A stretch of DNA of 64,000 bases from NCBI GenBank assembly GCA_043813955.1, contig JBDRKN010000020.1, positions 685 to 64,684 of the forward strand. Direction: 5' to 3'. Each line of letters starts with the position of its first letter. Within the stretch, counting starts at the first letter, position 1. Shown here piece after piece: positions 46,541-55,481 of the stretch. The position numbers were made by a program, and so were the translations under genes. Origin of the DNA: a bacterium (GTDB lineage Bacteria > Patescibacteriota > Patescibacteriia > Patescibacteriales > Patescibacteriaceae). The notes beneath the pieces were generated by a model. That model was not told where the DNA came from, ran no database searches, and saw nothing but the letters and a program-made list of their open reading frames with translations.

Positions 46541-47957
46541 AAAATCGTCTCATTAAACCAAGATTTATCCAAAATATGATATTAAAAAAATTAGCTTCCA
46601 AATATGGCTGGAACAAAAACGCAATCAAGCAGAAAACTGCAATGCCTAATCCTGCAAGCCTTAAAACAGATAAATTGATATCTTTTGCCTTTTGTTTAAA
46701 TACATTTTTGATTAAATTAAAATAGAAGGAAATAAGGATTATAAAGCCTAAAATGCCTGTCTGCACAAAAACAGCAAGCCAGGAATTATGAATATTGCGC
46801 ACTTCTACATAATCTCGATAATACCCCATGTCTATGAAAATCTTCTGGCCAAATCCTAATCCAAGAAAAATATTATCTTTGTATTCTTTCCAAACTCCTT
46901 TCCATACTGTGCTGCGCCATGCAATGCTGGAATCAGACGCGTCAACTACTGAAACAGCTCTGTTGACTAATCTGTCCTGGGTTTCAAGCATGTCCTGGCT
47001 AAAAGAAGCAAAAGGGAAAAGATTAATTAACAAAATGATTACTGACAAAATCATAACAGCAGCAGCTATGTATTTGGCTATTAATTTTCTAAAAATCTCT
47101 TTATGCTCTTTGCAAATAATAATATACAAAAATATCAAAGCAGCAAACATGGCAATCCATAGATGTCGCATTAAAGAACCTGCAATTCCTATTGCAAAAA
47201 TTGGAAGCAAAATATACCAGAGCTGATTTAATTTTGTCTTTTTAAATAAAATGTAGCTTAATCCTGCTAATGAAATCAAACATAAATAAAAAGCATGGTC
47301 AAAGTCTAAAATTCTTGAACCTTGTGTAGATAAAGGAGTAATATATGTCCACAAACCCTGGCCAACAATAAGTCCATAAATTATGAAAGGAATAATTATA
47401 ATTGAGCCAAAAATAATGAATTTGAAAAATCTCTGCAATTGCTCCTTGCTGTCAATTAAGAATAATGTTGCAAAGTATAGCAAGGGATAAAAAATGTAAT
47501 TCTTAAACGAGCTAAAGGCTGTCAGAAAATCTCCGTCTAAATAGAAAATGCTGATTAAAAAATACACGGCAGTTAAAGCCATAAAGCATGCTAACAGCAC
47601 GTCAGCCAGCTTTAGCTGCAATTTAATCTTTCTTCCAACCAAGCTAAGCCATATGCTGAACAACATGCCAAGCATAATAATGTCTGCGAGATAAAGCTTG
47701 TACTCTACTTCATTAATCCAAAAAGACTGCAAAGTAAAAAACTTAGCAAAAATTAATGTAAGCGCTATTAAGGCATATAATCCTCCCCTAGGATAAATGA
47801 ATGACAATATTAAGCCAGCTAATGCTATGATAATATAGAAAAAGAGATTAAATCCTAAAGTAAAGTTGATTAATAAAAAGGCAGAAAATAATGCTATTAA
47901 GCAAATAGCTGTAATTGCTTCTTTTTCTAACTTAATTTTAGCTAAAATCTGAATCAT
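46521..47957 (-). CDS. O-antigen ligase/polymerase-like polytopic membrane protein
   Basis: About 11-12 TM helices; context between GT genes. Family-level guess. Confidence 0.5.
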   Translation of the reverse strand: MIQILAKIKLEKEAITAICLIALFSAFLLINFTLGFNLFFYIIIALAGLILSFIYPRGGLYALIALTLIFAKFFTLQSFWINEVEYKLYLADIIMLGMLFSIWLSLVGRKIKLQLKLADVLLACFMALTAVYFLISIFYLDGDFLTAFSSFKNYIFYPLLYFATLFLIDSKEQLQRFFKFIIFGSIIIIPFIIYGLIVGQGLWTYITPLSTQGSRILDFDHAFYLCLISLAGLSYILFKKTKLNQLWYILLPIFAIGIAGSLMRHLWIAMFAALIFLYIIICKEHKEIFRKLIAKYIAAAVMILSVIILLINLFPFASFSQDMLETQDRLVNRAVSVVDASDSSIAWRSTVWKGVWKEYKDNIFLGLGFGQKIFIDMGYYRDYVEVRNIHNSWLAVFVQTGILGFIILISFYFNLIKNVFKQKAKDINLSVLRLAGLGIAVFCLIAFLFQPYLEANFFNIIFWINLGLMRRFYEGFAS

Positions 47958-48060
47958 AATTTATTATTTAATGACCAACTTTAACATAAAAATTAAAAAA
48001 AGTCAAAATAAAAAAGGCAAATCTATTTCAGAATTATTCTGATTAAATTTGCCTTTGCTT

Positions 48061-49149
48061 TTAAGGATGATATTCAATATAATCCCTAAAAATATCAAAA
48101 AGAGCAAAGCTCCTGCTTTGCAGCCAAGCTGGACTAACAATTACATTTTCCTGCCCTTTTCCAATAGCTCCAATATCTTCTAACTCCTTATATATTTCTG
48201 GATGATTACAATGCAGTTTTTGGCAATTAATTCTGATAAAACCATTATTGTAATTTTTCCAATCAACATAACGGATATCATCTTTAGCAGGATATCCCAT
48301 TATTGGCTTGATCTGTTTATGTTTTATGATTTTAGGTTTGGGCTTATCAAGGATTTGAAAAAGAAAATTAGGATCTCCATCTTCTCTTTTACCGTTACGA
48401 TAGGGGATAATTTTCAAATTTTCTAGATCAATCACATCTCCTCTCTTGTTGTCCTCTTCCACAACATCAAAATACTTATTATCTCCTTCGTAATTAACTT
48501 TTAACTGAAGCCAATCTCCATGACGCCGATCAATAATAGCATAATCTTTCCCAAGTTCTACTGGAGTAATAAATGGCACATCATTAAAAGGAAATTTAGT
48601 TCTCCACTGCCAGATTTCTACTACTTGATCCCTAAGATCTATCTGCCAGCTTAATTTGCCAATATATGGCAAATTATATTTATTCTTAACATGGCTACTA
48701 TCTTTTGAAAGATAAAACCCAACACTATATCGTACTGGCTTGTAGCCTTCATAAGCAGGCCCTGGAATAGCTCTGCCACTGCGTTCTTCAGCCATGAAAA
48801 AATTTTTATCTGACGGCTTAAAAAACAGTTGTCCTTGAATTTCTACAATATCCACTGACCAGGGAACTTTAATAATATTATCATCATCATCTACCTCAAT
48901 CTGGCCAATTTGGAATAGCGGATCTTGTGAAGTTCTGACATAATCTTCATAAACATCGAGTTCAACAATATCATCGTTAGATTCCTTTGCTGAAAAAATT
49001 GGTTTGTCTGACTTATATCCATAAGTTGTTTCCAAATACTCCTTACTGATAATGATATTACCTTCATCATTTTTGGTAAGTATTTCTGTGGTGCCACAGC
49101 TTATAGCCAGCATTGGCATCAACAACAGCAAGAAAAAAAATCTTTTCAT
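48061..49149 (-). CDS. Lipoprotein, hypothetical
   Basis: Signal peptide with lipobox (PMLAISCGT). No family recognised. Confidence 0.55.
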   Translation of the reverse strand: MKRFFFLLLLMPMLAISCGTTEILTKNDEGNIIISKEYLETTYGYKSDKPIFSAKESNDDIVELDVYEDYVRTSQDPLFQIGQIEVDDDDNIIKVPWSVDIVEIQGQLFFKPSDKNFFMAEERSGRAIPGPAYEGYKPVRYSVGFYLSKDSSHVKNKYNLPYIGKLSWQIDLRDQVVEIWQWRTKFPFNDVPFITPVELGKDYAIIDRRHGDWLQLKVNYEGDNKYFDVVEEDNKRGDVIDLENLKIIPYRNGKREDGDPNFLFQILDKPKPKIIKHKQIKPIMGYPAKDDIRYVDWKNYNNGFIRINCQKLHCNHPEIYKELEDIGAIGKGQENVIVSPAWLQSRSFALFDIFRDYIEYHP

Positions 49150-49191
49150 TAGTAAAACTCCTTAATTAATTTAACAATTTTATTATTTTCG

Positions 49192-50100
49192 TTAATTAAC
49201 AATATCAATAAAAAAGTAAGCATTTATCTCTGCTCCAAAGACAACCCGTCGGCTCCAAATATTATAGCTTCCCTCTTGCAATTTAACATACACCTTTCCT
49301 AATTTACCCTGTTTAAAAAACGGAGTAATTTGAATTCCAAACTCTGTTAAAGTTTTAAAATTATCAAAATCATACATGATAATTCCAGTTCCAATGCCAA
49401 GCGACGCTAAAAAATTCTTCCCAATTTTCAAGTCCCATACAGCTATTTCGCTGCCTATTTTAAGATAATGTTCATAAAGCTCTGGGTTAATACTCGCCCA
49501 TTTAGAGTCATTTTTTACTTCCAATGGAAAAACATAATTAACATAAATCCAAGTGTCATTAAACCAATTATCCTCGAATTGCCTGCCATGAGTACGATAA
49601 CCTAATCTAATAATACCGGTTATAAAGTCAGAGCGATCTGAAAGTCCAGAAGCTACAGTTGCTGTGCGCTGCACATGGCCTGCGCCGAAGACAAGGCAAA
49701 TATTATAAGATTCCCCTTTAAGTATAATGTTAGGGCCAATCTGCCAACCAAACCCAGTTTCACTAAAAGTCATGTCATTATACCCTGAATTGCTAACAGA
49801 ATTCGCATGAACATGAATTCCTAAACCAACGTTTCCAAAAAAATGAACATAATATCCATTAAGATACTGGCCGATTCCGCTGATTTTATCACTATTAAAT
49901 AAGCTTCCGCCAACTGTAAAATTACAGTTTTCTGAATAAAAAGCTTTATTAGAACCACCTGAAACATTTGTTGATGTCCCATCCTTAATCCTTTGGATTT
50001 TCTTTTTAGGATTAGCTATAGTTGCCTGCGGCAACTGCAAACTGGCCAAACAGAATATGGCCGCCATAATCAATAACCGAGAAAACATTATTTTTCTCAT
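49192..50100 (-). CDS. Secreted beta-strand-rich protein, hypothetical (porin/OMP-like sequence texture)
   Basis: Signal peptide (IFCLASLQLPQATIA). Gly/aromatic-rich with alternating hydrophobic patterns throughout. Confidence 0.5.
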   Translation of the reverse strand: MRKIMFSRLLIMAAIFCLASLQLPQATIANPKKKIQRIKDGTSTNVSGGSNKAFYSENCNFTVGGSLFNSDKISGIGQYLNGYYVHFFGNVGLGIHVHANSVSNSGYNDMTFSETGFGWQIGPNIILKGESYNICLVFGAGHVQRTATVASGLSDRSDFITGIIRLGYRTHGRQFEDNWFNDTWIYVNYVFPLEVKNDSKWASINPELYEHYLKIGSEIAVWDLKIGKNFLASLGIGTGIIMYDFDNFKTLTEFGIQITPFFKQGKLGKVYVKLQEGSYNIWSRRVVFGAEINAYFFIDIVN

Positions 50101-50204
50101 GATAAACCTCTGAATTGTTAATAAAGTTTATTTATATTCAATTGTAATGTACAAAATTATTAATTTAATTTTGCAGCCACTAAGCTGCAAATTCAAATAA
50201 ACAA

Positions 50205-51101
50205 TTATCTAAATAACTGATCTTCAGAAGGCCTTTCTTCTGGCCTGCCAAATAAATCGTCAACTATGTCAGTCTGCTCTGGCTCTTCCATAGGGCTATC
50301 CAAATTCAAGGGCCCTATCTCTGGTTCAGGATAATCAAAGCAAGTCTTTTCTGGCTCTTGCTCTGCAACAAGCCAGTCAGGAGCTATTGGCTCTTCAGCA
50401 GGCATAGCTTGTTCAATCGTATCATCAACAGGATCAGGAATCCAGTCATAAATCATTCTTTCCTTTTTTCTGCTGAAAAATCTAATATCTTTTCTGTCAG
50501 GAAACAAATAAATGTATGACAAGCTGAATATAAATCCAAGGAAAAGTCCTAAAATTAGATTAAGAGCAACATTTGGCTTAACAGGATAATTAGAAGTAAT
50601 TGGCTCGTCTAGCAGCTTAATCTTAACATTATTCATTCCATGGTAGTTAATATGCTGCGTCATTAAAACATGCCCGACAGCCCTGGCAATCTGTTCTGCC
50701 TGCTGTCTGTCCTTATGATAGGCGGCAAGAGAAATGATTCCTGTGTCGCTAATAGCTTTAGCGCTAATAGTTTTATTCCATTTCTTGCTCTGTTTCTTAG
50801 CAGTCTGTCCAAAATAATCCTTGTCAATATTAAAACTGGCATTTATTACACGGTTGTAAAAAGAGCCAGAATAAGTAATCTTGGCCAGTATTCCGCTCAA
50901 ATATTCGTTAGAACGGGCTGCTGCATACGGATCAGGGCTTGTTTGGCTAGAACCCTGAACTACAAGAAGCCTAAGCTCAGAACTGTACTTAAAAGGCTGC
51001 ACAGCAGTGAGCACAAGGGCTATGACTAAAAAAGCAATAACTAAACTAATAATAGTTTGCTTTTTTCTTTTAATCAAGCTAAAAAAATCATTTAATTCCA
51101 T
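50205..51101 (-). CDS. Wzz/chain-length-determinant-like protein with acidic Pro/Glu-rich C-terminal tail
   Basis: N-terminal TM after ELNDFFSLIKRKK, periplasmic-type middle, second TM (LNLILGLFLGFIFSLSYIYLF), then an acidic tail. Confidence 0.55.
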   Translation of the reverse strand: MELNDFFSLIKRKKQTIISLVIAFLVIALVLTAVQPFKYSSELRLLVVQGSSQTSPDPYAAARSNEYLSGILAKITYSGSFYNRVINASFNIDKDYFGQTAKKQSKKWNKTISAKAISDTGIISLAAYHKDRQQAEQIARAVGHVLMTQHINYHGMNNVKIKLLDEPITSNYPVKPNVALNLILGLFLGFIFSLSYIYLFPDRKDIRFFSRKKERMIYDWIPDPVDDTIEQAMPAEEPIAPDWLVAEQEPEKTCFDYPEPEIGPLNLDSPMEEPEQTDIVDDLFGRPEERPSEDQLFR

Positions 51102-51216
51102 AGGATTTATTTAATATTTTTTTCTTTATTTTAATACAAAATCCTATCATTTTTTAATAAAAAAGTCAATCTTAAAAACAAAATTGACAAAATTACAATA
51201 TTGCTTAATTATTATG

Positions 51217-51783
51217 CTAATCTAAGCTTAAATTATATTTTTTTAATTTTTTGCAACACTGCTTAAAATCAGGAATAGTTTGTTCCACAAGATGCCAGAA
51301 TTTTTTTGAATGGTTTAATTCTGCTAAGTGGCACAATTCATGTACAATCACATAATCTACCAAAGAAGTTGGCAAGAATATTAATCTATAATTAAAATTC
51401 AAATTTTTCTGCTTAGAGCAGCTGCCCCACCTTGTTTTCTGATTTTTAATGGCTAGCTTGTTAAACTTAAACTTATACAGCTGGTTATAGCAACTAATTC
51501 TGTCATTAACCAAGCTTCTGGCCTGTTCTTTGTATTTTAAATAATTTGCCCGAGTGTTTTTAATCAATCTCTTGCCCTGATTTTTTTCAAACCATTCCAT
51601 TTTTTTCAAAATCCAAATTCTCTTTTGTTTTAGAACACGCTCAATCCTGTAATTGCTCAGTAATCCAAACGGAACAGTAACAACCAGCTTATTTGGATAA
51701 ACAGTCAAAGACAAGCGCTTAGCGCGCTTGTTTTTTCTTACAGTATAATTAACAGATTTTTTTTCTAAAATAATTTTAGCCAT
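51217..51783 (-). CDS. YgjP-like (DUF45/M48-type) zinc metallopeptidase
   Basis: TRWGSCS and HELCHL...NHSKKFW motifs. Start at the ATG at 51783 (MAKIILEKK), overlapping the upstream gene by 8 nt. Confidence 0.8.
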   Translation of the reverse strand: MAKIILEKKSVNYTVRKNKRAKRLSLTVYPNKLVVTVPFGLLSNYRIERVLKQKRIWILKKMEWFEKNQGKRLIKNTRANYLKYKEQARSLVNDRISCYNQLYKFKFNKLAIKNQKTRWGSCSKQKNLNFNYRLIFLPTSLVDYVIVHELCHLAELNHSKKFWHLVEQTIPDFKQCCKKLKKYNLSLD

Positions 51784-52564
51784 TTTGGCTTGTTTTAATT
51801 GCCTGCAATATCTGGTCATGAACCAAGGCATTACTAGCTACCATGTCCTTGCTCTTTAGCTGCCATTCATTATTATCAAAATCAGTCACTTTGCCTCCAG
51901 CTTCTCTGACCATTAAAATTCCGGCTGCCACATCCCATGTATTGGCTCCTGGAATAACCAAGGATTCTAAACGGCCGGCCGAGACAAAGGCTAATTCAAT
52001 AGCAGCGCTTCCAAGCTGGCGGCAGTCAAAACCATGCAGTTTTTGCTGGCTAAAGTAGCTAATTATTTTTTCAATATTCTCTTCATCATATCCATGGCAA
52101 AAAGCATTTAAAACCTTGCCCTGGCTAATCTCTGATACCTTGATTGGCTTGTCATTAAGAAATACTCCCTTATCTTTAATCGCTATATAAAATTCTTTTA
52201 AGACAGGCGCATAAATTACACCAAGCACAATCTCTTTTTTAAAAAATAAGCCAACAGAAATAGCCCAGATTGGGTTATGCATTGAAAAATTAGTAGTGCC
52301 GTCAATAGGGTCAACTGCCCAAAGCCAGTCTGATTCTTTCTTATTAGCGCCCTTCTCTTCTGAGAGAACAGCATGATCAGAAAAATTTTCTTTAATAGCA
52401 GAAAGAATTATTTTCTCTGATAATAAATCATATTCAGTTACAATCTCATGCAATGATTTTAACTGAACTTTGCTCCTGTCAAAAGTCTTAAACTTTTCAA
52501 ACAAAATATCGCCAGCTTCCATGACTGCTTGACTAATTACTTGCTTATGCTGTTCTAATTCCAT
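51776..52564 (-). CDS. Inositol monophosphatase family protein (SuhB-like)
   Basis: LSEE, WAVDPIDGTTNF and WDVAAG motifs. Confidence 0.85.
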   Translation of the reverse strand: MELEQHKQVISQAVMEAGDILFEKFKTFDRSKVQLKSLHEIVTEYDLLSEKIILSAIKENFSDHAVLSEEKGANKKESDWLWAVDPIDGTTNFSMHNPIWAISVGLFFKKEIVLGVIYAPVLKEFYIAIKDKGVFLNDKPIKVSEISQGKVLNAFCHGYDEENIEKIISYFSQQKLHGFDCRQLGSAAIELAFVSAGRLESLVIPGANTWDVAAGILMVREAGGKVTDFDNNEWQLKSKDMVASNALVHDQILQAIKTSQNG

Positions 52565-52565
52565 G

Positions 52566-53138
52566 TTATTTTTTTACTTCAAAATATGCCTTAGGATGGC
52601 TGCATGAAGGACATTGCTCTGGCGCTTCATTTCCAGTATGAGCATATCCGCAATTTCTGCAAACCCAAACAACTTCATTATCTTTTTTAAACATAGTATT
52701 ATTTTCTATATCATCCAAAAGATCTCTATACCTATCCTCATGATTTTTCTCAGCATTGGCAATAGCTTTTAATCTATTAGATATTTCTAAATAACCCTCT
52801 GATTCTGCTGTATCAGCAAATTCAGGATACATGCTAGTATATTCATAATTCTCTCCAGCAATAGCTGATTTTAAATTTTCCTCTGTAGCGCCTAAAATAG
52901 TCGGGACTCCTGCATCAACTTTAATTTCATTATATGCGCTATCTTCTTTTTTTAAGCTATTAATCATGCGCATAAGCCATTTGGCATGTTCTTTTTCCTG
53001 ATCTGCTGTTAAAGAAAAAACAGCGGCAACCTTTTCATAACCTTCTTTCTTAGCAATACTGGCATAAAAGGTATATCGATTTCTTGCCTGGCTCTCTCCA
53101 ATAAAAGCCTTTGCTAAATTGTTTATTGTTTTTTGCAT
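52566..53138 (-). CDS. Rubrerythrin
   Basis: Ferritin-like diiron domain ([16 protein letters not shown]...EKEHAKW...) plus a C-terminal rubredoxin-like CRNCGY...CPSC. Start at the ATG at 53138 (MQKTINN). Confidence 0.85.
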   Translation of the reverse strand: MQKTINNLAKAFIGESQARNRYTFYASIAKKEGYEKVAAVFSLTADQEKEHAKWLMRMINSLKKEDSAYNEIKVDAGVPTILGATEENLKSAIAGENYEYTSMYPEFADTAESEGYLEISNRLKAIANAEKNHEDRYRDLLDDIENNTMFKKDNEVVWVCRNCGYAHTGNEAPEQCPSCSHPKAYFEVKK

Positions 53139-53179
53139 ATATTTATAGTTAATTATGTTCATTATTATTTTAATACAAC

Positions 53180-53196
53180 ATAACAATTTTGTCTAT
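53180..53196. repeat. Target-site duplication, left copy (ATAACAATTTTGTCTAT)
   Basis: An identical 17-mer recurs at 54675-54691, immediately outside the IS termini. Confidence 0.8.
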
Positions 53197-54673
53197 GTCA
53201 AGGCCAAATAGAAATGTCATAGTTGGAGCCATTTAGAAATGTCATACTTGACTAAATTTGTTAATTATTTTTGAACTAAAATTGGCTGTTCTTTTTTCAT
53301 CTTTCCGTATAGAAACTGCCTTCTCCATGGATGATCTATCGGAGGTATATATGAACCCTGTTTTTGTTTCGTTAGAGCTGGCAGTTTAATATTAATTTCC
53401 TTTCTCGGCCTTTCTGGCAGGACAGTGTAATTTAGATAATAATCTCTCAAACGCAACTTTATGGATCCGTCCAAATGTTCTTCAACAATTATCGAATCCT
53501 TTTTGTAAACAGTAGTCGGCTGCTCTCGGTCTAATTGAAAATATCTAGTTTTATACATCACTGTGTAATCATTATGCACTATCCTTTGCTCCTGGACCGA
53601 AAATATCTGCAACAATTTTTCTTTAATTTGTTCACCTAGTTTTTTATGCAGATTCTTTCTCCTTTTTGGCGCAACCGCGAATTTAGCATTAAACTTTGGA
53701 ATGTATTCTATCAGAAACTCATTAGCCTTCTCAGCAGTTGCAATCCCTGCTAATCTCAACTCTTTAACCAATCTATCCTGTAGAGTCTCAAACATTCTCT
53801 CAACCCTGCCCTTAGCCTCTGGGCTATATGCCGTAATTGGTTTAACACCTGCCTGATTCATAGCTCTTTGAAACTGCGTTATCATATCCTTGTTATCTAC
53901 CGCATTTCTATGATTTATCTTGTAAGTGCTGAATTTATCGAGGTATATTGACAATGGCAGCCCATTTTTCTCAAAATACTCTGTCCAGAATTTAAACACC
54001 GCGACTGTACTTTCATTAATATCAAATTTAGCATGAGTTATCTTTCCAGTAGCATCATCAACAGCTAACAACAGACAACTTTCTTCCTCGCCGAACCAAA
54101 TATGATATGAACCGTCAAACTGCTGCATCTCGCCATAGTTGTCTTTCCTGGCTCTCCAGACATGCCATTTCTTTGATTGCTTTCTCAGCTTAACTTTCCA
54201 TAGTCCCAGATTTGTCATAATGCCCCGAACAGTTTCTTTGCCCAACCTTATATTATCTACTTCATCTAATTTTTCAGCAGCAAATGTAGGACCAAAATCA
54301 TAGTATTTATCTTTTAATAATTTCTTTGCTTTTTTGATAATATTTGGGTTTAATTTCCTGTTGCCTGTTTGACCCCTGCCTTTATGGATGAGTCCCTCAG
54401 CTCCGTGTTTAGCTACTTCAGACTTTAACCTCTTAACATGTCTCACAGATACCCCTATTTGTTTAGAAGCGTCTGTGCCGTTAATCCTGCCATCAATTAA
54501 ATTCTTGATAATATCATATCTAGATAGTTCTTTTCTTGACATACATATTAGTTTTTGTGACATAATTTTGTTTAGTTTAATTAATTATATTAACTAAACA
54601 AATTATGGCACAAAAATTAGCAGGTATGACATTTCTAAATGGCTGTACTATGACATTATCATTTGGCTCCGAC
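53197..54673 (-). mobile_element. Complete insertion sequence (1.48 kb): rve-type DDE transposase flanked by 53-54-bp imperfect terminal inverted repeats
   Basis: Left end GTCAAGGCCAAATAGAAATGTCATAGTTGGAGCCATTTAGAAATGTCATACTTG (53197-53250). Reverse complement of the right end GTCGGAGCCAAATGATAATGTCATAGTACAGCCATTTAGAAATGTCATACCTG (54621-54673). Each end contains two copies of an AGCCA-N6-AATGTCATA-like site. Flanked by a 17-bp direct repeat. Confidence 0.85.
53265..54563 (-). CDS. Transposase, N-terminal HTH + integrase-core (rve) DDE domain; resembles ISNCY/IS1202-group or IS481-like enzymes
   Basis: YGEMQQFDGSYHIWFG...LLLAVDDATGKI (first D), IYLDKFSTY (second D), SPEAKGRVER (E). The family name comes from memory, not a search. 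Confidence 0.8.
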   Translation of the reverse strand: MSQKLICMSRKELSRYDIIKNLIDGRINGTDASKQIGVSVRHVKRLKSEVAKHGAEGLIHKGRGQTGNRKLNPNIIKKAKKLLKDKYYDFGPTFAAEKLDEVDNIRLGKETVRGIMTNLGLWKVKLRKQSKKWHVWRARKDNYGEMQQFDGSYHIWFGEEESCLLLAVDDATGKITHAKFDINESTVAVFKFWTEYFEKNGLPLSIYLDKFSTYKINHRNAVDNKDMITQFQRAMNQAGVKPITAYSPEAKGRVERMFETLQDRLVKELRLAGIATAEKANEFLIEYIPKFNAKFAVAPKRRKNLHKKLGEQIKEKLLQIFSVQEQRIVHNDYTVMYKTRYFQLDREQPTTVYKKDSIIVEEHLDGSIKLRLRDYYLNYTVLPERPRKEINIKLPALTKQKQGSYIPPIDHPWRRQFLYGKMKKEQPILVQK

Positions 54674-54674
54674 A

Positions 54675-54691
54675 ATAACAATTTTGTCTAT
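54675..54691. repeat. Target-site duplication, right copy (ATAACAATTTTGTCTAT)
   Basis: Identical to 53180-53196. One extra A (54674) lies between the IS end and the repeat, so the duplication could be read as 16 or 17 bp. Confidence 0.8.
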
Positions 54692-54782
54692 TGACTATTA
54701 AATATTATTATGCTATGCTTTTATCATAATTCAATAAAGTCTTAAGTATTATTGTTTTCATTAATGCTTGAGCATACATTAA

Positions 54783-54953
54783 ATGAGTAATCAAAACTAT
54801 TCCAATGACCGACAAATGGTCAAGGGAAATTGGACTTGTTCACAATGCGGGGCTACAATTACTGAGCTTCCATTTGAACCAGATGGAGAAAGACCATTAT
54901 TTTGCAGAGATTGCCACAAGCAAAAAATGCAAAACAGTCCAAGACGATATTAA
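54783..54953 (+). CDS. Small zinc-ribbon protein, CxxC-x18-CxxC (56 aa, below ORF-track cut-off)
   Basis: My translation: MSNQNYSNDRQMVKGNWTCSQCGATITELPFEPDGERPLFCRDCHKQKMQNSPRRY. Followed by a hairpin plus T-run at 55009-55033. Confidence 0.6.
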   Translation: MSNQNYSNDRQMVKGNWTCSQCGATITELPFEPDGERPLFCRDCHKQKMQNSPRRY

Positions 54954-55071
54954 GAAATAATTAAAAGATTTAAACTATCTTCAATAATATATTTCTAATC
55001 AAAGAAATTGCGCAATTAGGCGCAGTTTTTTTGTAGTTATTTTTAACAAAAATCAGCTATTTATGTTTATA

Positions 55072-55100
55072 TTGACAAAAAATTTTTTTTATGTTAGTAT
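55072..55100 (+). promoter_or_regulatory. Promoter of cspA: TTGACA-17-TAGTAT with TGt extended -10; implies a ~115-nt 5' UTR
   Basis: TTGACA 55072-55077, TAGTAT 55095-55100. The UTR contains the hairpin CCCCTGGTTAGGGG (55127-55140). Confidence 0.5.
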
Positions 55101-55221
55101 TAAATAGTTAGTTTAATTACTATCCACCCCTGGTTAGGGGCGACAAATATTAAAATTGTAGAGATAAAGTCGAATTTCTACTTCTTAGTATTTACTTAAT
55201 TAGATTTATCTTTACATTTAT

Positions 55222-55416
55222 ATGCAAGGAACAATAAAAAAACTGACTGAAAAAAACTTTGGTTTTATCGCTCAAGATGGTGATGAAGATTTATTCTTTC
55301 ACGCCAACAATTTGGAAGGTGTTGCTTTCAATGAATTAAGCGAAGGAGACGCGATCACATTTGAGATCGAAAAAACTCCAAAAGGCGATGCCGCAGTCAA
55401 TGTTAAAAAAGTTTAA
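55222..55416 (+). CDS. cspA: Cold-shock protein (CspA family)
   Basis: GTIKKLTEKNFGFIAQDGDEDLFFH carries the RNP1/RNP2 motifs; 64 aa. Confidence 0.9.
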   Translation: MQGTIKKLTEKNFGFIAQDGDEDLFFHANNLEGVAFNELSEGDAITFEIEKTPKGDAAVNVKKV

Positions 55417-55429
55417 TACTTTTATAATA

Positions 55430-55459
55430 AAAACAGGCTCAAATTTGAGCCTGTTTTTA
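55430..55459. terminator. Bidirectional intrinsic terminator
   Basis: AAAACAGGCTC-aaattt-GAGCCTGTTTTT. Confidence 0.75.
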
Positions 55460-55481
55460 TTTGCTCTCAAGCTATGCTCAG

